From Mobula hypostoma (taxonomy: Eukaryota), in assembly GCF_963921235.1 (NCBI RefSeq), contig NC_086097.1, positions 201,254,001-201,318,000 of the forward strand: a stretch of 64,000 nucleotides of DNA. The letters run 5' to 3'. Both the position numbers and the translations under genes were made by a program. The notes under the pieces were generated by a model. It was not told the DNA's origin, did not search any database, and saw only the letters and a list, made by a program, of their open reading frames with translations. Below, one piece after another: positions 13,461-26,085 of the stretch (positions are counted from its first letter, which is position 1; every line of letters starts with the position of its first letter).

Positions 13461-16400
13461 AACATAGAAACATAGAAAATAGGTGCAGGAGTAGGCCATT
13501 TGGCCCTTCGAGCCTGCACCGCCATTTATTATAATCATGGCTGATCATCCAACTCAGAACCCCGCCCCAGCCTTCCCTCCATATCCCCTGATCCCCGTAG
13601 CCACAAGGGCCATATCTAACTCCCTCTTAAATATAGCCAATGAACTGGCCTCAACTGTTTCCTGTGGCAGAGAATTCTACAGATTCACCACTCTCTGTGT
13701 GAAGAAGTTTTTCCTAATCTCAGTCCTAAAAGGATTCCCCTTTATCCTCAAACTGTGACCCCTTGTTCTGGACTTCCCCAACATCGGGAACAATCTTCCT
13801 GCATCTAGCCTGTCCAATCCCTTTAGGATTTTATACGTTTCAATCAGATCCCCCCTCAATCTTCTAATTTCCAACGAGTACAAGCCCAGTTCATCCAGTC
13901 TTTCTTCATATGAAAGTCCTGCCATCCCAGGAATCAATCTGGTGAACCTTCTTTGTACTCCCTCTATGGCAAGGATGTCTTTCCTCAGATTAGGGGACCA
14001 AAACTGCACACAATATTCCAGGTGTAGTCTCACCAAGGCCTTGTACAACTGCAGTAGTACCTCCCTGCTCCTGTACTGGAATCCTCTCGCTATAAATGCC
14101 AGCATACCATTCGCCTTTTTCACCGCCTGCTGTACCTGCATGCCCACTTTCAATGACTGGTGTATAATGACACCCAGGTCTCGTTGCACCTCCCCTTTTC
14201 CTAATCGGCCACCATTCAGATAATAACCTGTTTTCCTATTTTTGCCACCAAAGTGGATAACTTCACATTTATCACATTAAATTGCATCTGCCACGAATTT
14301 GCCCACTCACCCAACCTATCCAAGTCACTCTGCATCCTCTTAGCATCCTCCTCACAGCTAACACTGCCACCCAGCTTCGTGTCATCTGCAAACTTGGAGA
14401 TGCTGCATTTAATTCCCTCATCCAAGTCATTAATATATATTGTAAACAACTGGGGTCCCAGCACTGAGCCTTGCGGTACCCCACTAGTCACTGCCTGCCA
14501 TTCTGAAAAGGTCCCGTTTATTCCCACTCTTTGCTTCCTGTCTGCTAACCAATTCTCCATCCACATCAATACCTTACCCCCAATACCGTGTGCTTTAAGT
14601 TTGCACACTAATCTCCTGTGTGGGACCCTGTCGAAAGCCTTTTGAAAATCCAAATATACCACATCCACTGGTTTTCCCCTATCCACTCTACTGGTTACAT
14701 CCTCAAAAAATTCTATGAGATTCGTCAGACATGATTTTCCTTTCACAAATCCATGCTGACTTTGTCCGATCATTTCACCGCTTTCCAAATGTGCTGTTAT
14801 CACATCCTTGATAACTGACTCCAGCGGTTTCCCCACCACCGACGTTAGGCTAACCGGTCTATAATTCCCCGGTTTCTCTCTCCCTCCTTTTTTAAAAAGT
14901 GGGGTTACATTAGCCACCCTCCAATCCTCAGGAACTAGTCCAGAATCTAACGAGTTTTGAAAAATTATCACTAATGTATCCACTATTTCTTGGGCTACTT
15001 CCTTAAGCACTCTAGGATGCAGACCATCTGGCCCTGGGGATTTATCTGCCTTCAATCCCTTCAATTTACCTAACACCACTTCCTTACTAACAAGTATTTC
15101 GCTCAGTTCCTCCATCTCACTGGACCCTCTGTCCCCTAATATTTCTGGAAGATTATTTATGTCCTCCTTAGTGAAGACAGAACCAAAGTAATTATTCAAT
15201 TGGTCTGCCATGTCCTTGCTCCCCATAATCAATTCACCTGTTTCTGTCTGTAGGGGACCTACATTTGTCTTTACCAGTCTTTTCCTTTTTACATATCTAT
15301 AAAAGCTTTTACAGTCAGTTTTTATGTTCCCTGCCAGTTTTCTCTCATAATCTTTTTTCCCCTTCCTAATTAAGCCCTTTGTCCTCCTCTGCTGAACTCT
15401 GAATTTCTCCCAGTCCTCAGGTGAGCCACTTTCTCTGGCTAATTTGTATGCTTCTTCTTTGGAATTGATACTATCCCTAATTTCTCTTGTCAGCCACGGG
15501 TGCACTACCTTCCTTGATTTATTCTTTTGCCAAACTGGGATGAACAATTGTTGTAGTTCATCCATGCAACCTTTAAATGCTTGCCATTGCATATCCACCG
15601 TCAATCCTTTAAGTGTCATTTGCCAGTCTATCTTAGCTAATTCACGTCTCATACCTTCAAAGTTACCCCTCTTTAAGTTCAGAACCTTTGTTTCTGAATT
15701 AACTATGTCACTCTCCATTTTAATGAAGAACTCCACCATATTATGGTCACTCTTACCCAAGGGGCCTCTCACGACAAGATTGCTAATTAACCCTTCCTCA
15801 TTGCTCAAAACCCAGTCCAGAATAGCCTGCTCTCTAGTTGGTTCCTCGACATGTTGGTTCAAAAAACCATCCCGCATACATTCCGAGAAATCTTCTTCCT
15901 CAGCACCTTTACCAATTTGGTTCACCCAATCTACATGTAGATTGAAGTCACCCATTATAACTGCTGTTCCTTTATTGCACACATTTCTAATTTCCTGTTT
16001 AATACCATCTCCGACCTCACTACTACTGTTAGGTGGCCTGTACACAACTCCCACCAGCGTCTTCTGCCCCTTAGTGTTACGCAGCTCTACCCATATCGAT
16101 TCCACATCTTCCCCGGCTTATGTCCTTCCTTTCTATTGCGTTAATCTCTTCTTTAACCAGCAACGCCACCCCACCTCCCCTTCCTTCATGTCTATCCCTC
16201 CTGAATATTGAACATCCCTGAACGTTGAGCTCCCATCTTTGGTCACCCTGGAGCCATGTCTCTGTGATCCCAACTATATCATAATCATTAATAACAATCT
16301 GCACTTTCAATTCATCCACCTTATTACGAATGCTCCTTGCATTGACACACAAAGCCTTCAGGCGCTCTTTTACAAGTTTCTTAGCCCTTATACAATTATG

Positions 16401-16637
16401 TTGAAAAGTGGCCCTTTTTAATGCTTGCCTTGGATTTGTCAGCCTGCCACTTTTACTCTTCTCCTTAGTACTTTTTGCTTCTACCCTCACTTTACACTCC
16501 TCTGTCTCTCTGCACTGGTTCCCATCCCCCTGTTGTGAACTAACCTCCTCAAGCCTAGCCTCTTTAATTTGATTCCCACCCCCCAACCATTCTAGTTTAA
16601 AGTCACCTCAGTAGCCCTCGCTAATCTCCCTGCCAGG
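13461..16637 (-). mobile_element. Young CR1 LINE (end of ORF1, whole ORF2, 3' UTR) nested in another CR1
   Basis: Tail (TTTCTATG)n at 13461-13478; ORF2 nearly open; ORF1 terminus LAGRLARATEVTLN* at the 5' edge; short duplication aaaaca at both junctions. Confidence 0.93.
13677..16586 (-). pseudogene. CR1 ORF2 (APE endonuclease plus reverse transcriptase) with two frameshifts
   Basis: ORFs 16077-16586 (NARSIRNK, ITETW), 14216-16105 (GDFN, SDH, KSPGPDG, GVPQGSVLGP, KFADD) and 13677-14189; frameshifts near 16100 and 14270. Confidence 0.9.
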
Positions 16638-18314
16638 AAAACAGAGAACTATCGCCCTGTTAGCCTAATATCAGTAGTGGGGAAGATGCTAGAGTCCATT
16701 ATTAAAGATGAAATAGCGGCATATCTTGATAGCAGTGATAGGATTGGGCCAAGCCAGCATGGATTTACCAAGGGCAAATCATGTTTGACTAATCTACTGG
16801 AGTTTTTCGAGGATGTAACCAGGAAGATAGACACGGGAGATCCATGGATATGGTGTACCTTGACTTTCAGAAGGCATTTGATAAGGTACCACATAGGAGA
16901 TTGGTGGGTAAAATTAGAGCTCATGGCATTGGGGGGAGGATACTGACATGGATAGAAAACTGGTTGGCAGATAGAAAGCAAAAGGTAGCAGTGAATGGGT
17001 GTTTCTCGGAATGGCAGGTGGTGACTAGTGGGGTGCCACAGGGCTAGGTAACGGGACCACAGCTGTTTACGATTTACATCAATGATTTAGAGGAAGGCAT
17101 TGTGAATAACATCAGCAAGTTTGCTGATGATACTAAGCTGGGTGGCAGTGTGACATGTGATGAGGATGTTAGGAGAATTCAAGGTGACTCGGATAGGCTG
17201 GGTGAGTGGGCAGAAACTTGGCAGATGGCGTTTAATGTGAATAAGTGTGAGGTTATTCACTTTGGGAGCAAGATCAGGAAGGCAGATTATTATCTGAATG
17301 GTGTGGAGTTAGGTAAGGGTGAAATACAAAGAGATCTAGGAGTACTTGTTCATCAGTCTCTGAAGGTGAATGAGCAAGTATAGCAGGCAGATAAGAAGGC
17401 TAATGGAATGTTGGCCTTTATTACAAAGGGAATTGAGTACAAGAGCAAGGAAATCCTTTTGCATTTGTACAGGGCCCTGGTGAGACCACACCTGGAGTAT
17501 TGTGTGCAGTTTTGGTCTCCAGGGTTAAGGAAGGACATCCTGGCTGTGGAGGAGGTGCAGCGTAGGTTCACTAGGTTAATTCCTGGGATGTCCGGACTGT
17601 CTTGCGCAGAGAGGTTAGAGAGACTGGGCTTGTACACGCTGGAATTAAGGAGATTGAGGGGGGATCTGATTGAGACATATAAGATTATTAAGTGATTGGA
17701 CAAGATAGAGGCAGGAAATATGTTCCAGATGCTGGGAGAGTCCAGTACCAGAGGGCATGGTTTAAGAATAAGGGGTAGGTCATTTAGGACAGAGTTGAGG
17801 AGGAACTTCTTCTCCCAGAGAGTTGTGGAGGTGTGGAACACCCTGCCTCAGAAGGCAGTGGAGGCCAATTCTCTGGATGCTTTCAAGAAGAAGCTAGATA
17901 GGTATCTTATAGATAGGGGAATCAAGGGTTATGGGAACAAGGCAGGAACCGGGTATTGATAGTAGATGATCAGCCATGATCTCAGAATGGTGGTGCAGGC
18001 TCGAAAGGCCGAATGGTCTACTTCTGCACCTATTGTCTATTGTCTATAACCTTTACTCTCTCAGTGCCAAAGAAATTAGTAAAAGTGGAATTTGAAAATG
18101 GAGAATGGCAGCTAAACAATTAACTTTTGGAGATCCAGATCTTTGGAGATCTTAGGATTAGGGTCCTAGATGAAATCAAGGCACTGGGATATTGTTTGAG
18201 AATAATATTTACTGATTTGAGTGGAGAGTTTTCTATCACATTGCTAACTTAATCCTTGTAAATGGTGCAAAGTAAGTAGATTGGTATTGCTTTACTGTTG
18301 TTCCTTTTACAAAA

Positions 18315-18650
18315 TTCAAAGTTTAAACTAAATTTATTATCAAAGTACATATGTTACCATATGCAATCCAGTGATTCCTTTTACTGTGAACATTCACAGT
18401 AAATAGAAAGAAATACAATAGAACCAAAGATGAACCACATACGACACAAATAGACAAACAACCAATGTGCAAAAGACAATAAACGGTCCAAATACAAAAA
18501 GAAAAGAAAAAAAACAATAAATATCAACACATGTTGTCAAGTCCTTAAAAGTGAGTCTATAGGCTGTAGAATCAGTTCAGTGTTTGGGTGTTTGAAATTA
18601 TCTCCCTGGTTTAAGAGCCTGATGGTTGATGGGTATAACAGCTCCAAGTC
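18315..18650 (-). mobile_element. Rex1/Babar-type 3' UTR fragment, (TTTGAAC) tail family
   Basis: ttcaaagtttaaactaaatttattatcaaagtacatatg..., shared with 48245-48600 and 56636-56950. Confidence 0.7.
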
Positions 18651-18907
18651 CCGAGCTAAAGTAAAAAAGACACAATTTTGAATATCATGCTGCAGAGAAA
18701 GCACAGTGAAGGTAGTCACAAAATGTGCAAAGGTTACAGTGAGGTAAATTGGGAGATCAAAAGTTCATCTTTTAGGATTGAAGCGTTTGTTCAAATGTCT
18801 GATATATGCAGGATTAAAGCTGTCCTTGAGTGTCCTTATAGAATCATAACATTTTGACCTACTCAAATCGACACCATGTTGTGAATGGTCCAGTTAATCG
18901 TCTAGAC

Positions 18908-18972
18908 CAGGGGTTCCAAACTGGGGTTCATGGACCCCTTGCTTAATGGTATTAGTCCATGGCATAAAAAAA
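18908..18972. mobile_element. hAT-type MITE, right end lost
   Basis: Starts CAGGGGTTCC after tctagac; body matches 56078-56140; tctagac recurs at 19841-19847. Confidence 0.6.
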
Positions 18973-18973
18973 A

Positions 18974-19840
18974 CGCTCTGTATACCCATGACTGTGTTGC
19001 CACCCAGAGCCCCAATCTGCTAATTAAATTTGCTGATGACAGTACATCGATTGGCCTAATCTCAAATAATAACAAGGCAGCCTAGAGAGAAGAAGTTATC
19101 ACCCAGACACGGTGGTGTCAAGAAAACAACCTCTCCCTCAATATCACAAAAACAAAGGAGCTGGTTGTAGACTACAGGAGGAATGGAGACAGGCTAACTC
19201 CTATTGACATCAGTGGATATGAGGTTGAGAGGGTGAATATCCTTCAGTTCCTTGACATAGACATCACGTGATCTGTACCCATCGGCTGTATGGTTAAAAA
19301 AAAAGCGCAACAGCGCCTCCTTCACTTCAGATGATTGAAGATGTTTGGTATGGGACCCCAAGTCCTAAGAACTTTCTATAGGGGCACAACTGAGAGCATC
19401 CTGACTGGCTACATCACTGCCTGGTACAGGAACTGTACTTCACTCAATTGCAGGACTCTGCAGAGAGGGGTGCGGACAGCCCAGTGCATCTGTAGATGTG
19501 AACTTCCCACTATTCAGGACAACTACAAAGACGGGTGTGTAAAAAGGGCCTAAAGGATCATTGGGGAGCCAAGTTACCCCAACCACAAACTGTTCCAATT
19601 GCTACCATCTGGGAAACGGTACCGCAACATAAAAGCCAGGATCAACAGGCCAACTTATTCCACCAGGCCATCAGACTGATTAATTCATGCTGATACAATT
19701 GTATTTCTAGGTTATATTTACTGATGTACATACTACTTATTACAAATTAATATAAATTAGACAGAGACATAACATAGAGATTTTTATTCCTCATGTATAT
19801 GAAGGATGTAGGTAATAAAGTCAATTCAATTCAATTCAAT
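18974..19840 (+). mobile_element. Rex1/Babar LINE 3' fragment
   Basis: KFADD coding (aaatttgctgatgac) near 19026; ORF 19335-19553 (FYRGTTESILTG.ITAWY); aataaag plus (AATTC)n tail. Confidence 0.8.
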
Positions 19841-20327
19841 TCTAGACTATGGTAACCTACAGAATGATAGTGTTTGTGGTTTATGTAAAGTTAATGTACG
19901 TAATTTAAAGATGCAGAGGAATAGCTAGATTCCCTCTCATTGGAAATGGTAATTTTCTCACACTTGTAAATCAAGTACTTTATTTGCTATTCAACAGACA
20001 TGCCTGAATGATGATCAAGATGTGATGTAAACATGGTTGGATTGCTTTATTCTCTGAGGAGTTTGATTTGGAAGTAGGTCCTCTGGACTCTCTTTAAATT
20101 CAATGTCATCAGTCACTCCCTGACTCCCTGAAATGGAATCACTGCTGCTTCTTCCACTGTTCCTCAACTCTCCTCTTCCTGCTCCTCTGCAGCTTGCTCC
20201 CTAATGCAGATAAAGGATGAACATGTAAAACTGAAAAGCGGAAACACAGTGGTCAGGTCTCTGGCACTGAGTCTAACTGTGACTCAGAAGGGAAGGGGGA
20301 AAGAGGTGTGTTGTGTTAACAGGTGAC

Positions 20328-21014
20328 GTGACGGAGGAGAAGATGGCGGCGCGACACAGTGAGCACGGCCGCTCCAAAGTGATATCCTATGTGTTAACTA
20401 GGGGCCATGCACAATCCTGATTTGATGGAGACAGACGTGAGAAGCACGGAGGAACACCTGGAGAAAACTTCTGAAATGCCTGCTTCACTGCCGCTGCTAC
20501 TGTGCGATCGAGAATCTCCGGAGGGGAAGGCCCCAAATCCACGGCTTTCCCTATTGCTTGTTGCCGAGGCTGGAGTCGAAGCGCTTGGCAGAGATGGTGC
20601 TCGGTGCTTGGTGTCGGAGGGCTGGTTGGAGGCTCCAAGTTTTCGGACGGACTCAAGAGTCGGCTGTGGTTGGGTGCTTCCAGGATGCTGCATTGCCAAG
20701 TTTGCGGCGCTGAAAGCTCATGGCAGGAAGAGTTTTTTCTTCCTTCTACCGTCTGCATGAGATGATGGGACTTTCAAGAGACTTTGAGACATTCTTTTAC
20801 CGTGCCCATGGTCTGCTCTTCGTCAAATTACGGTATTGCTTTGCACTGTTGTAACTATATGTTATAATTATGTGGTTTTTGTCAGGTTTTCAGTCGGTTT
20901 GTCTTGTGTTTCTGTGATATCATTCTGGAGGAACTTTGTATCATTTCTTAATGCATGCATTACTAAATGACAATAAAAGAGGAATGTGTGTCCTCATAAT
21001 CTAAGCTAATCTAA
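20328..21014 (+). mobile_element. Non-coding, CpG-rich non-autonomous retroposon (LINE-like head and tail)
   Basis: Interrupts the CR1 ORF1 codons GAC|TCA cleanly; head aagatggcggc; tail tgacaataaa...(AATCT)n; no recognisable protein motif. Confidence 0.7.
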
Positions 21015-22597
21015 TCATTAGTTAGGGGAACAAAAAGGAGGTTCTGTGGACAAGAATGAGATTTCCAGATGGTATAATGCCTCCCAGATGCAAGGGTCTA
21101 GTACATCTTGGATCGAGTCCTCAGCCTTCTTAAGAGGGATGGTGAATAGCCGGAGGTATGGTATATGTCATACCAATGTACTAATGACAGCAACGACACA
21201 GGTAGGAAGAGTGACAAGGTTATGCATACTGAATTCAGGGAGTTATGTGCTAAATTAAAAGACAGGACCTCCAGGTTTTAATCTCAGGATTTCTACCCAT
21301 GTCACATTCTGAGGAAGATCAGTTTAGCACGTGGCTAGGCTGTTAGTGTAGGATGGAGGGCATCAGATTTTTGGATCATTGGGCTCTCTTCCAGGGAAGA
21401 TGGGACCTGTACAAAAGAGACGGTTTGCACTTTAATTGGAGGGGGTTTAATATCCGAGTGGGAAGGTTTGCTAGTGCTGCACAGGGATCTTAACTAGAGC
21501 TGTAGGGGGATGGGAACCAGAGTGTCAGAACAGATAGTGGAGCGGTTGTTAAGACCTCAGACAAAGTCAAAAATCTAAGGATTGAGCATGGTGCGAATAA
21601 TATTCTGAGCTGCATATATTGCAATGCAATAAGTATTGTAGGAAAGGCACACGAGCTCAGGGCATGGATCAACACATGGAATTATGATATTGTAGACATT
21701 GGTGAGACTTGGTTGCAGAAGGGGCAGGACTGGCAGCTCAATATTCCAGTGTTCCTTTGTTTTAGACATGACAGAGCGGGAAGGGTTGACAATACTAGTC
21801 AGGCAAAATGTCATGGTAATGCTCTGTCAGGACAGACTGGAGAACTCAGCTAGTGAGGCTTTATGGGTGGAACTGAGGAATAAGAAATGTATAACCACGT
21901 AAATGAGGTTATATTATAGACCACCCAAGAGTCCACAGGATTTAGAGGAACTAATCTGTAGAGAGATTGAAGACTGTTGCCAGAAACTTAGATTGTTACA
22001 GTAGGTAATTTTAACTTTCCGCATATTGACTAAGACTCCCACACTGTAAGTACACTAGGTGGCATAGTGTTTGTCAAATGTGTTCATGAAAGTTTTCTTA
22101 ATCAGTACATTGAAGTCCCAATGAGAGAGTGTGTGATACTTGATCTGCTGTTAGGGAATGAGACAGGAGTGGTACAGACTTTGCATAGAGGAACATTTTG
22201 CATCTAGTGATCATAATAGTTTCAAAGTAAATTTGGAAAATGAAAGGCCTGGTCTGCGAGTTGAGATTCTAAATTGGAGAAAGGTCAGTTTTGATGCTAT
22301 CAGAAAGGATTGGGACAGGCTATTTTCTGGCAAAGGTATAGTTGGTAAGTGGAGGCCTTCAAAAGTGAAATTTTGAGAGCACAAAATCTTGCATGTGCCA
22401 GGCAGAATAAAAGGTAAGGATAATAAGTTTAGATAACCTTGATTTTCAAGAGATATTGAGGCCCTGGTTAAGAAAAAAAGGAGGTGCACAACACACAGAT
22501 AAGTTACTTACAGAGTATAAGAAATACAAGAGAACACTTAGGAAGGAAATCAGGAGGGCTAAAAGAGGCATGAGGTTTCCCTAGCAGAAAAGATGAA

Positions 22598-23452
22598 TCA
22601 GAATCAGGTTTATTATCACCGGCATATGACGTGAAATTTGTTAACTTAGCAGCAGCAGTTCAATGCAATACATAATCTAGCCGAGAAAAAAAAAACAAGT
22701 AAATCAATTACATATATTGAATAGATTTTTTTTTAAGTGTAAAAACAGAGATACTGTACATTAAAAAAATGTGAGGTAGTGTCCAAAGACTCAATGTCCA
22801 TTTTGGAATCAGATGGCAGAGGGGAAGAAGCTGTTCCTGAATCGCTGAATGTGTGCCTTCAGGCTTCTGTACCTCCTATCTGATGGTAACAGTGAGAAAA
22901 GGGCATGCCCTGGGTGCTGTAAGTCTTTAATAATGGCCACTGCCTTTTTGAGACACCGTTCCCTAAAGATGTCCTGGGTACTTTGTAGGCTAGTACCCAA
23001 GATGGAGCTGACTAGATTTACAACCTTCTGCAGCTTCTTTCGGTCTCGTGCAGTAGCCCTTCCATACCAGACAGTGATGCAGCCTGTCAGAATGCTCTCC
23101 ACGGCACAACTATAGAAGTTCTTGAGTGTATTTGTTGACATGCCAAATCTCTTCAAACTCCTAATAAAGTATAGCTGCTGCCTTGACTTCTTTATAACTA
23201 CATCGATATGTGGGACCAGGTTAGATCCTCAGAGATCTTGACACCCAGGAAGTTGAAACTGTTCACTCTCTCCACCTCTGATCCCTCTATGAGGATTGAT
23301 ATGTGTTCCTCCATCTTACCCTTCCTGAAGTCCACAATCAGCTCTTTCATCTTACTGATGTTGAGTGCCAGGTTGTTGCTGTGGCACCACTCCACTAGTT
23401 GGCATATCTCACTCCTGTACGCCGTCTTGTCACCACCTGAGATTCTACCAAC
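22598..23452 (-). mobile_element. Rex1/Babar LINE 3' fragment with 7-bp TSD
   Basis: ORFs 23198-23599 (part) and 22809-23156; TSD agatgaa at 22591-22597 and 23453-23459; (GATTCT)n tail. Confidence 0.88.
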
Positions 23453-25276
23453 AGATGAAGGAGAATCTGAAGGCATTCTACAAATATGTTTAGAGCAAAA
23501 GGATTGCAAGGGATAAAATTGGTCCTCTGGAAGATCAAAATTGCAATCTATGCATAGAGCCAAAAGAGATGGGGGAGATCTTAAATGGATATTCTGCATC
23601 TGTATTTACTTAGGAGGGGGATTACAGAGTCTATAGATGTGAGGCAATGTAGCAGTGAAATTTTGGACCCCATACAGATGACAGAGGAGGAGGTGTTCGC
23701 TGTCTTAAAGCAAATTAGAGTGGATAAGTCCCCAAGGGGGCCCAACAAGGTGTTCCCTCAGACATTACAGGAGGCATGTGCAAAAATTGCAGGGGCCTTA
23801 GCAGAGGTATTTAAATCATCATTAGCGACATCTGAGGTACCAGAGTATTGGATGATAGCCAATGTTTTTCCGCTATTTAAGAAAGGCTCTAAAAATAAAC
23901 CAGGAAATTATAGGCTGGTGAGCCAGATATCAGTTGTGGGAAAGTTATTGGAAGGTATTCTAAGGGACCAGATATATGAATATTTAGACGGGCAGGGACT
24001 GATCAGGGATAGTCAGCATGGTTTTGTGTGCGGTACATCATTTCTAACCAATCTTATAGAGTTTTTCGAGGAAGTTACCAGGAAAGTCAAGGCAGTGGAT
24101 GTTGTCTACAAAGACTTTAGCAAGGAACGTGACAAGATAACACATGGGAGGTTGGTCAAGAAGATTCAGTCGCTCAGCATTTAAGATGAGGTAGTAAATT
24201 GGATTAGACATTGGCTTTGTGGGAGAATCCAGACAGTGGTAGTAGATGGTTCCTTCTCTGACTGGCGGCCTGTGATTAGTGGAGTGCTGCCGTGATCAGT
24301 ACTGGCTCCATTGTTGTTTGTCATTTATATCAATAATTTGGATGAAAATATGGTGATCTGGAATGGCAAGTTTGCAGATGACAACAAGATTGGGGGTGTC
24401 GTGGGCAGCAAGGAAGACTATCGTAGCTTGCAGTGAGATCTTGACTAACTGGAAAAATGGGCTAAAGAATGACAGATGGAATTTAATGCAGACAAGTGTG
24501 GGGGGTTGCACTTTGGTAGGACCAACCAGGTCCTACACAGTGAGCACAAGGGCATTGACGAGTGTGGTAGAACAAAGGGATCTGGGAATACATAATTCAT
24601 TGAGAGTGGTGTCACAGATAGATAGGGTCATAAAGAAAGCTTTTGGCACATTGGCCTTCATAAATCAAAGTACTAAGTACAGTTGATGAGGTGTTATGCT
24701 GAAGTTGTTTAAGATGTTAATGAGGCATAATCTGGAGTATTGTGTGCGTTTTGCTCACCTATCTACAGGAAAGTTGTAAAAAAGATTGAAAGATTACATG
24801 GAATATTTACAAAGATGTTGCTGGGACTGGAGGACCTGAACTATAAGGAAAGATTAAATAGGTTAGAACTTTATTCTCTAGAATTTAGAAGACTGAGGGG
24901 AGATATGATAAAGGTATACAAAATTTTGAGGAGTATAGATAGGGTAAATGCAAGCAGACTTTTTTCCACTGAGGTTGGGTGGGACTACAACTAGAGGTCA
25001 TGGGTTAAGGGTGAAAGGTAAAAAGTTTAAGGGGAACATGAGGGGAAACTTCTTCACTTTGAGGGTTGTGAGAACGTGGAACCAGCTGCCAGTCCAAGTG
25101 GTGCATGCAAACTTGATTTCAACGTTTGAGAAGTTTGGATATATGGATAGTAGGGGTATAGGCTATGATCCAGTGCAGGTTGATGGGACTAGGCAGCTTA
25201 TCTGGTTCCATGCAGAGTAGATGGGCTAATTGGCCTGTTTCTTTGCCGTGCTTTTCATTGACTCTATATCTGTCAT

Positions 25277-25582
25277 CATAGAAACCATAGAAACTACAGC
25301 ACAGAAACAGGCCCTTTGGTCCTTCTTGACTGTGCCGAACCATTTTCTGCCTAGTCCCACTGACCTGCACACAGACCATATCCCTCCATACACCTCCCAT
25401 CCATGTATCTATCCAATTTATTCTTAAATGTTAAAAAAGAACCTGCATTTACAACCTCGTCTGGCAGCTCATTCCATACTCCCACCACTCTCTGTGTGAA
25501 GAAGCCCATCCTAATGTTCCCTTTAAACTTTTCCCCCCTCACCCTTAACCCATGTCCTCTGGTTTTTTTCTCCCCTTGCCTC
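25277..25582 (-). mobile_element. CR1 3' terminal fragment
   Basis: ORF 25351-25584 (TRGHGLRV...FFTQRVVGVWNELP); tail catagaaaccatagaaa. Confidence 0.85.
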
Positions 25583-25904
25583 AATCTACTTTGAACTTTA
25601 ATCTACTTTGAACTTTGTGGCAAGTACAATGGAGGAAATCTAAAATTCCAGTTAGCAACTTGATTCTTGTACTAGTAAATCAAGGAACTGTGGTGTAAGA
25701 AATCTAAAACAAAAGACAAAAGATGTTAATATCTCAGGTCATCTCTGAGAATAGAGTAGCCATTACTTCTCCTATGTAAGTGTGGTGCAAATTGAGAAAT
25801 GTCACTAATGACTCAAGTGTCATCCTGGAATAAATTGGAGGCATAACAATTCATAGCAACTGTGACTTTCAGTGCAGATCTGCCCCTTCTCTGCAGCTGC
25901 AGGT

Positions 25905-26085
25905 ATGATTGCAAGGGTAGGAATTTTTTATCCATGAATCTGTAGAATTCTCTACCCCAGAGAGCTGTGAATCTGGAGTCATTAAGCATATTTATGTCTT
26001 ACGAAAATAGATTTTTGATGTTTAAGGGAATCAGAAGTAAAGTGAAGTTGAGGTCAAAGATGAAAACAGCTCTGATCTTAAGGAC
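25905..26085 (+). mobile_element. Decayed CR1 3' fragment
   Basis: gaatctgtagaattctctaccccagagagctgtg...gatagatttttg-like CR1 ORF2 end. Confidence 0.5.

Larger units (their letters stand above)
12780..18047 (+). mobile_element. CR1 LINE (5'-truncated), split by a nested antisense CR1
   Basis: ORF 12781-13467 ends at KKGGREKT and resumes at about 16638 as ENYRPVSL; RT motifs (LDFQKAFD, GVPQG, KFADD) follow; 3' UTR and (TATTGTC)n tail end at 18047. Confidence 0.92.
20170..25265 (+). mobile_element. Near full-length decayed CR1 (SGNH/esterase-type ORF1, ORF2, 3' UTR) with two nested insertions
   Basis: ORF1 GD-S-LVRG motif split at 20327/21015, DGLHFNWRG-like at about 21420; endonuclease remnants 21600-22220; RT remnants 23585-24184 and 24360-24994; 3' UTR to about 25260. 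Confidence 0.8.

Noticed and set aside
12789..16211. Long opposite-strand ORFs (12789-13538, 14253-14645, 15444-16211)
   Set aside because: Antisense shadows of CR1 ORF2 with no independent motifs
20387..20765. Four overlapping ORFs in the GC-rich insert as a small gene
   Set aside because: Expected from high GC content; no domain, splice or codon evidence
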